This document shows, in pieces, positions 56,750-64,000 of a DNA stretch of 64,000 nt. Within the stretch, counting starts at the first letter, position 1, and each line of letters starts with the position of its first letter. The position numbers and the translations under genes were made by a program. The stretch comes from an uncultured Anaerolineales bacterium (GTDB lineage Bacteria > Chloroflexota > Anaerolineae > Anaerolineales > E44-bin32), in contig CBDAFF010000016.1 of the NCBI GenBank assembly GCA_965195195.1, positions 16,980-80,979 of the forward strand. The letters run 5' to 3'. The notes beneath the pieces are model-generated. The model was not told the origin of the DNA. It did not search any database and saw only the letters and a program-made list of their open reading frames with translations.

Positions 56750-57685
56750 ATGGTAAAGGGAATCCGGACTATACTCCTGAGTTCAGTGCTGCTCTTGCTG
56801 GTTGGCTGCACACTACTGCCCAGCGTATCTGCTCCCACACCCTTCACATTTCCCACACCTAACCTTACCCACACTTCCATCTTCGCCGAGATCCCTACGT
56901 CTACCAGTACACCGCCAATCCTACCGCCAGTTCCAACGGGGACCGTCACACCAAGCGGGCCAACCCCCACAACCGATCCGGCGGTGACGAATACTCCCAA
57001 CCTCACCCCAATCCCAACAGATGTTCGCCCGAATGGCTCTCCCGTGACGGCGGTTTACCTGAGCGCTGCTCCGGTGATCGACGGAGTGCTCAACGAGTGG
57101 TCATCGACTGCTTATCGCGCAGAGAAAACCGTTCCCGGTGCCGGCTCGAATTGGACCGGTCCAAGCGATCTTTCTGCCACATACTACATCGGCTGGGATG
57201 CGAATGCCCTCTACATCGGCGTAAGCAGAACCGATGATGTAATCGTTCAGATTTCAACGGGCTACAACATGTATAAAGGTGACGATGTCGAAATTCACCT
57301 CGACGTAGACCTGCCCGGCGACTTCTCCTCTGTAACCATGAGCGCTGATGACTACCAGATGGGGCTCTCGGCAGGCAACTTCGGAACACTCACTGAAGAG
57401 GTTTACCTCTGGTTCCCGCGAAGCCTGCAACGGAGCTTATCCACCGTCGAAATGAAAGCCCGTAGCACGACGGCTGGCTACGATATGGAAGCGAAAATAC
57501 CCTGGTCCGTGTTCGGAATCAACCCTGATGAAGGCGACCGCTACGGATTCGCACTCTCGCTTTCGGATAACGACTTGGCGGGAGTAGCAACGTGGCAGTC
57601 CATGGTATCGAGCGTATCGACGCGCAGGGTGGTCAATCCAACAACCTGGGGAACTCTGATCCTCGCCAGCCCAACAGCGGAGTAA
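56750..57685 (+). CDS. Lipoprotein with Pro/Thr linker and CBM9/DOMON-like carbohydrate-binding domain
   Basis: GGAGG SD. Lipobox LLVGC. PVIDGVLNEW...YYIGWDANALYIGV...DDVEIHLD resembles family-9 CBM-like domains. The track ORF starts at TTG 56711. Confidence 0.5.
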   Translation: MVKGIRTILLSSVLLLLVGCTLLPSVSAPTPFTFPTPNLTHTSIFAEIPTSTSTPPILPPVPTGTVTPSGPTPTTDPAVTNTPNLTPIPTDVRPNGSPVTAVYLSAAPVIDGVLNEWSSTAYRAEKTVPGAGSNWTGPSDLSATYYIGWDANALYIGVSRTDDVIVQISTGYNMYKGDDVEIHLDVDLPGDFSSVTMSADDYQMGLSAGNFGTLTEEVYLWFPRSLQRSLSTVEMKARSTTAGYDMEAKIPWSVFGINPDEGDRYGFALSLSDNDLAGVATWQSMVSSVSTRRVVNPTTWGTLILASPTAE

Positions 57686-57741
57686 CCCCCTAATTACGTC
57701 ATTATCTATGACGTGTTGTGAACGATTGTTTTCTGTAATTG

Positions 57742-57773
57742 TGTACGGGGCGACCCATGGGTCGCCCCGTACA
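57742..57773. terminator. Perfect 32-nt palindrome between convergent genes (bidirectional terminator candidate)
   Basis: TGTACGGGGCGACC-CATG-GGTCGCCCCGTACA forms a 14-bp stem. ATTTAT follows on the plus strand. Confidence 0.6.
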
Positions 57774-57902
57774 ATTTATATATAAGGGGGGCTAATAACG
57801 ATGAAGTTTCAACACCCTTAAATATTGAGCCCGGAGGTTCAGCTCCGGGCGGAGTAGAGCAGCAAAATTGTGCTACGTCACTCCCATTATTTGGAGGTGA
57901 GC

Positions 57903-58739
57903 TTAAAAAAGAACGGAAGCCAACTCGTCCCGATACTGCTGGGTTAACGTGTCTTGATCACCGATGATCGCGAACAGCGACAACAGCACATGTTTAGGTA
58001 AGCCGTCGCGGTAATTTTTTTGTTCACGCAAGATATCGAGCATTCCATCCATCGCTGCTGGAAGATTGCCGAGACCTATCAGACGCGCAGCCTGATATAG
58101 CTCGGCCGCGAGCGGGTCGTCCAGGTCACTCGTACCGCTCTCCTCAACCTCGGAAAGAAGGGCTGCTAGCGGTTTGTGTCGCTCTGCAATTGCCCATTCA
58201 TTGCCGGGAGGAAAACCCTCAATTATGCGCAAAGCCTCTTCGCCTTTTCCCTGCATGAGCAAGCTCTCCAGTAAACCCAGCGCAGCTGGCGCATTGGTCT
58301 CATCCATTTCGAAAATCTCGCGGAAACTAGTTTCGGCCTGTTCCCAGTGATGAGTCACAAGTAAGCTGCGTGCGTTTTCAACCGCAAGTTCAGCTTCGCT
58401 TGACACCAGGTTGCCGATAAAACTCCGCACAACCGGCTCCGGCTGCGCACCTAGAAACTCGGTTTCGACCTGACCTTGTTTAAACGCCTTGACCGCAGGG
58501 ATACCCTGGACGCCATAGCGAACAGATAACCCTGGGTTTTCGTCGACATTAACCTTCGCCAGGAGAAAACTTCCCCCTGCTTCAATCGCCAACCGCTCGA
58601 GCAGCGGCCCCAGAGTCCGACAAGGACCGCACCATGGCGCCCAAAAATCTACAACGACGGGAATTTCATGAGATCGAAGGATCACTTCGCTCTCGAAAGC
58701 CGCTTCATTTACGTCCAGAATGTACTCGGAAAAATTCAA
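57903..58739 (-). CDS. Thioredoxin-domain protein with C-terminal TPR-like domain (YbbN/CnoX architecture, intact CGPC)
   Basis: FWAPWCGPCR is present, and the C-terminal half is helical. Confidence 0.8.
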   Translation of the reverse strand: MNFSEYILDVNEAAFESEVILRSHEIPVVVDFWAPWCGPCRTLGPLLERLAIEAGGSFLLAKVNVDENPGLSVRYGVQGIPAVKAFKQGQVETEFLGAQPEPVVRSFIGNLVSSEAELAVENARSLLVTHHWEQAETSFREIFEMDETNAPAALGLLESLLMQGKGEEALRIIEGFPPGNEWAIAERHKPLAALLSEVEESGTSDLDDPLAAELYQAARLIGLGNLPAAMDGMLDILREQKNYRDGLPKHVLLSLFAIIGDQDTLTQQYRDELASVLF

Positions 58740-58849
58740 AACTTGCTCCTCTTTCGGTTCGTAAAGAACCTACTACACGCTCGTTAGTGCTTCATTAGCG
58801 CCGCTATCTCTTTCTGGTTTTACTTCATTAATATTAATGTGCTGCTTGG

Positions 58850-59281
58850 TTAATATTCTTCGCCCGGATCAATCCCTGCTCCAGGCTGCTCAATCCGCAG
58901 GACCTCACCATGAACGTTTATCACAACCCGGAAACCCATCATCCCCAGATACGTGCGCATGTCCTCGGGTAAACCACTCTGGAGCAAAGCATCAAATTGG
59001 GCATCCATGTTTTGTAGTGACGTTTCGATCGCAGCCTTCGTGAAGATGTCCTCCTGCCCGATCATCTTCATCGTTCCCTCACTGATGACGTCCTCGTGCC
59101 CCTTTACCATCTCCTGCAACTGATCGAGGACCTGCCGATCGACGTGCTCGCTTTCGATATGGCGGAGGAAACCGTCGTCATCAACGACATAAAACGACTC
59201 TCCGCCAACAAGAACGATATCCACCCCCCTGTCATCTTCATCAACAACCAGACCTGCAAATAGTGAATGTTGTGCCATCAT
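58850..59281 (-). CDS. Hypothetical protein
   Basis: The 143-aa ORF has protein-like composition, sits in a gene-dense co-directional run, and matches no motif I recognise. Confidence 0.4.
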   Translation of the reverse strand: MMAQHSLFAGLVVDEDDRGVDIVLVGGESFYVVDDDGFLRHIESEHVDRQVLDQLQEMVKGHEDVISEGTMKMIGQEDIFTKAAIETSLQNMDAQFDALLQSGLPEDMRTYLGMMGFRVVINVHGEVLRIEQPGAGIDPGEEY

Positions 59282-59498
59282 CAGAATTCATCCCTGCTAG
59301 CTACGTATTCAGACGTAATCGGAGACTATGTTAACGCTTAGCTCTTTGAGTGAGCGATTATGAAGAATCTTACCAAATTCAATAGATAATAGGGAAGCGA
59401 TTTCCAGGTGACGATGGATCAACTGATTCCCAAGAACACCTTGGGGGGTAGAGGTTGGAAATTCATAACGGATTACGCTAGGTTAGGCGAAAAACGGC

Positions 59499-60488
59499 TT
59501 AGGGGTGAACGTATACCAGCGTTCCGATTGAGGCGAAGTTGAAAAGCCATTCCGCATCTGGTGTAAACAAGTTTATGCAGCCATGGCTCATCGGGACACC
59601 GAAGTTGCTATGCCAATAGGTCCCATGAAGTGCATAACCCTTGTAGTAATACATCGTATATGGGACGCCGGGCAGGTAATAGCCAGGACCCGCCATGGCG
59701 GTGGAGTAGAGCTTTGTATAGACACGAAACTGGCCGGTTACTGTCGGATGAGCTGAAGTCCCAGTTGAAACGATGAAGCTCCTCACAAGATTATTTCCGT
59801 CGAAGGCAGTTACACGCTGCTCGCTTAGATCCACGTCGATCCACCGACCTTCATCCGCCAATTGATCGAGCGAGACGTTGAAGGTTGAGAGGTACGAAAG
59901 AGCGTGAGTGGGTGTGACCGTTGGTGTAGGCGTTGCTGTCGGTGTCGCCGTTGGCGTCGGTGTTGCCGTGGGTGTATTCGTGGGTGTTGGCGTCATCGTC
60001 GCTTTCGCCAAGGGCTCTTGGTAGATTTGCGGCTGCAGAGCAGAGGCGGGTGTGCCTCCCAGCCAGATCCCTACTCCCGCGGCTAAAACCACCGATGAGA
60101 TGAAGACTCTTCTGGGCAAGATTCGCCGTTGCGCCAGAACATCAAGAGGAGTTATTTTCGGAAGGAGATCCTCGGGTATCCGTGCTTCCCGCAGTGCCGC
60201 TTTTCGTTCTCCTGATGGCAGGCGCCTAACCAGCCAGCGAATCGCTTTTTTCGCTGGTTTACTCTTCGGATTGATTTCCAATGCGCGCGCCGCGTATGCC
60301 AACCCTGCGCGCGGTTCCGAAACGGCAGCCAACGTCAACCACCCTTTTTCAGAAAGCGGGTCGAGCTTGACCGCCAGGCGCGCAAATCTCCTCGCCTCGG
60401 AGATGTCACCCCGGCGGAGCGCCGCATGCGCTCGGTCGGATGGATCCTGTTGGCTGAAATCTGCCGCGGTCATGGTGTAGTCTCCCAA
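59499..60488 (-). CDS. L,D-transpeptidase (YkuD domain) with a TM segment and Thr/Pro linker
   Basis: The catalytic motif is HGTYWHSNFGVPMSHGCINL. The linker reads TPTPTNTPTATPTPTATPTATPTPTVTPT. Confidence 0.8.
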   Translation of the reverse strand: MGDYTMTAADFSQQDPSDRAHAALRRGDISEARRFARLAVKLDPLSEKGWLTLAAVSEPRAGLAYAARALEINPKSKPAKKAIRWLVRRLPSGERKAALREARIPEDLLPKITPLDVLAQRRILPRRVFISSVVLAAGVGIWLGGTPASALQPQIYQEPLAKATMTPTPTNTPTATPTPTATPTATPTPTVTPTHALSYLSTFNVSLDQLADEGRWIDVDLSEQRVTAFDGNNLVRSFIVSTGTSAHPTVTGQFRVYTKLYSTAMAGPGYYLPGVPYTMYYYKGYALHGTYWHSNFGVPMSHGCINLFTPDAEWLFNFASIGTLVYVHP

Positions 60489-61294
60489 GGGAGGCTGGCG
60501 GGCTCATTATTCACATAGCAAAGTATGCCGTCCGCGATCCCACGTGCCGCTTTCTCTGGCTGAGAAGTGAGGAAATCCCGATCAAGATAGAGAAATCCAG
60601 TCTCGATGATCGCTGCTGGTGTCTGGCTGTGGATCTCGCGGAAGGTGTGATATTCCGTCATATCGCGTGTGATGCTGCCTGCATGGAAATTTAAATCGGT
60701 CGCCCTGTAATAACGATCAATAATGCAATCAACCAACCGTTGTGATTTATCTGGAACAACGGTGTCTAGCGCACTGACAACTTTATATCCGGTCGCATAA
60801 TCGTTAATTGGGATGCAGGAATCGGCATGGATGGAAACTAACGCCACCGCCCGATATTCAAAGAGCCGCGAGTCGAACTCCTCCAGGACATCTACTTGCA
60901 GCCCCGCTGCTTCGAGTGCTTGTGCGGTAAGATATCCCACGTTGGTGTTAACTTCCAGCTCCGTCAAGCCATCCTCGCAAATTGACCCGGGATCACCGTC
61001 GCCAGTATTTGGGTTAATCCCTGAATGCCCTATGACCAATCCAATTCGTAGTTCGGTCTCCTCCGGGGCAGAGGGCACAAATGCTGAAGGGCCATTCTCC
61101 TGTGCCCCACCTTCCAGGGCGGCCGCGAATTGATTCGCCAGTTCCCCGGGGTTCAAACTAGCGGGCGTCCATGCTGTAAAAAGCGTCGCCAGGATTCCGG
61201 CGATGATAAACGTCACCGAAAGATGGCGTAGAATTTGGCGTGTTATCGGCTGCTCGTTGGCATCCGTACTGCGGAAGCTGCTAGGGCTGCGCAT
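60470..61294 (-). CDS. N-acetylmuramoyl-L-alanine amidase (Amidase_3-like)
   Basis: IGLVIGHSG...E...ALVSIHADS...AAIIETGFL is the pattern. An N-terminal TM segment is present. The 3' end overlaps the next gene by 19 nt. Confidence 0.72.
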   Translation of the reverse strand: MRSPSSFRSTDANEQPITRQILRHLSVTFIIAGILATLFTAWTPASLNPGELANQFAAALEGGAQENGPSAFVPSAPEETELRIGLVIGHSGINPNTGDGDPGSICEDGLTELEVNTNVGYLTAQALEAAGLQVDVLEEFDSRLFEYRAVALVSIHADSCIPINDYATGYKVVSALDTVVPDKSQRLVDCIIDRYYRATDLNFHAGSITRDMTEYHTFREIHSQTPAAIIETGFLYLDRDFLTSQPEKAARGIADGILCYVNNEPASLPWETTP

Positions 61295-61603
61295 GCCTCT
61301 GTTCTCTCAAATAGGTGGCTTGTCATTATATCAGCGGAAGTCACATCAAACTACGTGACTCAAGTACCCAGGCGTATGGTTGAAGGTTTGGAACAGAAAT
61401 TGCAGATAACTAACTTTACATAAAACAACGCAGATCCCTCTCAAACCTTCCTTATTTAGCGACGGCTTCTCTTTTCCACATGAGCGGCGTACGAACTGAC
61501 CCCCCAATTACACATTATCCAACCCACAGACTGAATGGCGCGTTCAAGGGTAGAATGGGAAAAGCTTTCCGTTCGAAACTGGGATCATGCATAAGGAAAA
61601 AGG

Positions 61604-62767
61604 ATGAAGAACACATTCAGCGAACTTACACGTTCAGAGTTTCAGCGCTACTCGCGCCAGCTGCTACTGCCCGAGATTGGCTTGCAGGGCCAGGAGAGGC
61701 TAAAAGCATCATCGATCCTCATCGTAGGCGCAGGCGGCCTGGGTTCGCCCGTCTCCATGTATCTCGCCGCAGCGGGTGTTGGACGAATCGGACTTGTCGA
61801 TCATGACGTTGTCGAATTAACTAACCTGCAACGCCAGATTGTCCACGGCACTTCTTGGATCGGTGAGCGGAAGGTTCTCTCCGCCCGAGACCGCTTATCA
61901 GACATCAACCCGGAAACTGAAGTCGTCGTGTTTGACGAACCATTCACTTCAGAGAATGCTGAGCAGATATCCAAACCCTTTGATTTGCTAATCGACGCCT
62001 CAGACAATTTTCCCACTCGCTATCTCATAAATGATCTTTGCGTCCTGACTGGGAAAGCGAACGTTTCCGGCTCAGTCTCGCGTTTTGACGGACAAGTCAG
62101 CGTATTCTGGGCAGAGAAAGGCCCTTGCTACCGCTGCCTTTTCCCCGATCCCCCACCGGTGGGTTTAATCCCATCTTGCGCCGAAGGAGGTGTGCTCGGC
62201 CTTCTTCCAGGAACAATCGGGACTCTCCAAGCGACGGAGGCTATTAAGCTGCTGCTTGGAATCGGGACATCTCTTATCGGTACGCTGCTCATCTATGACG
62301 CCCTGGATATGCGTTTTGAGATGGTCAAATTGAAGAAGAACCCTGAATGCAAGGTCTGTTCGCAAGACCCCTCTATTACACAACTAATTGATTATGAGGC
62401 TTTCTGCGGTGTTCCCGGGCACGACAATGACGAGAGCAGTCATGCACCCGATTGGGAAATCGAACCTTCCGAGCTTGCAGAGAGGCTGGCAACCGGCGAA
62501 CCCGTCCATCTGATCGACGTGCGTGAGCCACACGAGCTGCAGATCTCCACCCTCCCCAACGCCGACTCCATTCCCCTTGGCTCAATGGCGACGCGGATGG
62601 CCGAGTTGGATGATGCTGAGGAGATCGTCCTATTCTGTAGAACAGGTACACGCTCCACACGAGCGTTGCACCTCCTAACCGGCGCAGGTTTCCAGAAACC
62701 TTTGAGCTTACAGGGTGGCATCAATGCGTGGGCGCGGCAGGTGGATCCGACCCTTCCCGTTTATTGA
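61604..62767 (+). CDS. moeB: Molybdopterin/thiamine-type adenylyltransferase (MoeB/ThiF) fused to a rhodanese domain (MoeZ-like)
   Basis: RYSRQLLLPEIG and GAGGLGSP are present, with zinc motifs CYRC and CKVC. The C-terminal rhodanese active-site loop is CRTGTRS. Confidence 0.85.
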   Translation: MKNTFSELTRSEFQRYSRQLLLPEIGLQGQERLKASSILIVGAGGLGSPVSMYLAAAGVGRIGLVDHDVVELTNLQRQIVHGTSWIGERKVLSARDRLSDINPETEVVVFDEPFTSENAEQISKPFDLLIDASDNFPTRYLINDLCVLTGKANVSGSVSRFDGQVSVFWAEKGPCYRCLFPDPPPVGLIPSCAEGGVLGLLPGTIGTLQATEAIKLLLGIGTSLIGTLLIYDALDMRFEMVKLKKNPECKVCSQDPSITQLIDYEAFCGVPGHDNDESSHAPDWEIEPSELAERLATGEPVHLIDVREPHELQISTLPNADSIPLGSMATRMAELDDAEEIVLFCRTGTRSTRALHLLTGAGFQKPLSLQGGINAWARQVDPTLPVY

Positions 62768-62903
62768 CCAAAGCTTCCTGGGATTTATAGAGTCACGTTC
62801 TCCTGCGAATACATGGGGAAAGGTGACGTACTCACATTCACCTTGTAATGCATACTGAGACAACTTATGGTTTAATTCCCTCATCATGACTTGGAAAACT
62901 TAG

Positions 62904-64000
62904 ATGGTAATCAAAAGGTGGCATATGCCATTCCGCCCCCAAACCGCAAAAAAGAATGTGCCAAGTCCTTGGTTCCTCATTCCCATACTTTTCTCTGCCC
63001 TCGTCGTCGGGTCCTGTGATTCCTTTCCAGGAATGATTCAGAATCCGGATCCACAACAAACCCAGAGCCCAACACCCCCAACTGCTATCCCTTCCAGCCC
63101 CACGCCCTCTCCTGAAATCGGACTCATTTCTCTGAATCTAATCCCGGGACAGGCCCCGGATTCGTGGCAGGTGATTGGAATGTTGATTAATAACGCCGAG
63201 TTCCCACTTGGTGGAATTTCGGTCACCGTTACTCTGCTCGGGGCAGAAGGGGTTGAATTGGATAAAGCGACAGTGCCGGTGATCCCCGCCAGTCTGTTGC
63301 CAGATGAGGAGGCGATATTCGCTTTAGAGTTTGAGGGGACCTTAGAAGTGGTTGACACGACCGCCGAGATCTATGCTGAGCGAATCCCACGCATTCGACG
63401 AACCCAGGGCGATATCCAGAACACAACCTGGCAGATAAACTCTGAGGGTGATACGGTGATCCTCGGGCAGATCACAAACCCTGGCTTCTCTCAAGTAAAA
63501 TTGCTTGACCTCGCCGTTCTCATACTTGATGAAAACCAGGAGCCGATTGGTTACGCTAATCTTGTGGCTTCTTCTAAACATATACCCCCGCGTGAAACGG
63601 CTCCTTTTATCGCTTTAGCCGATGGGAGCTTTGAGCCTGATGACCTGGTCTTCTTCCTGGATATGGTTGTAGATACATCTCCTCCAGAACCGGATCTTCA
63701 ATTTCTAGAGCCGCCAGCGCTCCAATTCACAGACCAGGGTGTGCCCTTCTTTTTAGGCTCCATCCAGAACCCCTCCTCCGATTGGGTATGGGCTTCTGGC
63801 CTGCTCATTTTAGAGAACGAGGATGAACTCGTTGGGATAGCACCAATCGACCCCCCACTTCCCATTCAACCCGGCGGGATTCACTCCTTCACCATCCAAC
63901 AATTTTGGGGGATCTCTCCTGAAATCCTCGCCTCCGAGGATGCGATGCGCTCGCTGAACGCCAACGCATCGGTGGAAGGGGTTGCCACCTTAACTACGGA
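62904..64000 (+). CDS. Lipoprotein with three internal ~90-aa repeat modules; 3' end beyond the window
   Basis: This ORF is not in the track because no stop is reached. My own translation from ATG 62904 or 62925 gives MPFRPQTAKKNVPSPWFLIPILFSALVVGSCD..., followed by three modules sharing a GxIxN...L.L.(D/E)...P.E...F pattern. Confidence 0.55.
   Translation, partial: MVIKRWHMPFRPQTAKKNVPSPWFLIPILFSALVVGSCDSFPGMIQNPDPQQTQSPTPPTAIPSSPTPSPEIGLISLNLIPGQAPDSWQVIGMLINNAEFPLGGISVTVTLLGAEGVELDKATVPVIPASLLPDEEAIFALEFEGTLEVVDTTAEIYAERIPRIRRTQGDIQNTTWQINSEGDTVILGQITNPGFSQVKLLDLAVLILDENQEPIGYANLVASSKHIPPRETAPFIALADGSFEPDDLVFFLDMVVDTSPPEPDLQFLEPPALQFTDQGVPFFLGSIQNPSSDWVWASGLLILENEDELVGIAPIDPPLPIQPGGIHSFTIQQFWGISPEILASEDAMRSLNANASVEGVATLTT

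Noticed and set aside
61295-61603. Possible Moco or other riboswitch in the 309-nt region upstream of moeB-rhodanese
   Set aside because: I could not find the conserved Moco-motif elements or any convincing nested helices by eye. The 108-aa ORF at 61480-61806 overlaps moeB out of frame and looks spurious. An Infernal scan would settle it.
1-64000. CRISPR arrays, rRNA genes, transposases, integrases, prophage genes
   Set aside because: I scanned the intergenic regions and the ORF track. There are no regularly spaced direct repeats, no rRNA-like stretches, and no DDE, tyrosine or serine recombinase motifs. The only tandem-like DNA repeats are coding Thr/Pro linkers (for example 59900-60000) and the Lys/Arg tail of secA.

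Overview
The window is a chromosomal segment from a moderately GC-rich bacterium. Lipoproteins with Pro/Thr linkers, soluble multi-domain kinases, an oversized SecA and a DHH-CBS-CCA fusion give a Chloroflexota/Anaerolineae-like impression, but that is not a search result. Most of it is housekeeping: era-MTase-purB; a long minus-strand operon thyX-ribF-truB-nrnA-rbfA-infB-ylxR-nusA; gyrA; secA; tRNA-Leu(UAA); mutM; add; and moeB-rhodanese. Four regions stand out. (1) 20.8-25.4 kb holds three tandem, translationally coupled LysM + LasA-like (M23A) lipoprotein paralogs. (2) 33.4-39.7 kb is a signalling cluster. It contains a stand-alone receiver, a zinc-ribbon/MshEN-like (putative c-di-GMP-binding) histidine kinase, a GAF histidine kinase, an OmpR-type regulator, an orphan TadZ/CpaE-like pseudo-receiver-ParA ATPase, and a tandem-XRE protein coupled to a TPR protein. 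(3) 43.8-48.6 kb is a visibly AT-richer island between comEA and mutM with no integrase or transposase. It carries a NUDIX gene, a catA-like acetyltransferase, an AAA/DUF4143 ATPase behind a 13-bp palindromic operator, and a DinB-like gene fragment. It also carries a single wHTH-GHKL ATPase-STAS-like gene, preceded by iterated TTATAAAC motifs and bracketed by a gapless ~117-bp imperfect direct duplication of the mutM promoter plus first ~22 codons. (4) Several core genes have unusual architectures: a fused two-domain ThyX, a 1339-aa SecA with a polybasic tail, a GyrA with a degenerate GyrA box and a Lys-rich tail, and an orphan beta-class DNA methyltransferase. I saw no CRISPR array, rRNA, transposase or integrase. 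All family calls rest on motif recognition by eye, and every one needs an HMM or BLAST check.
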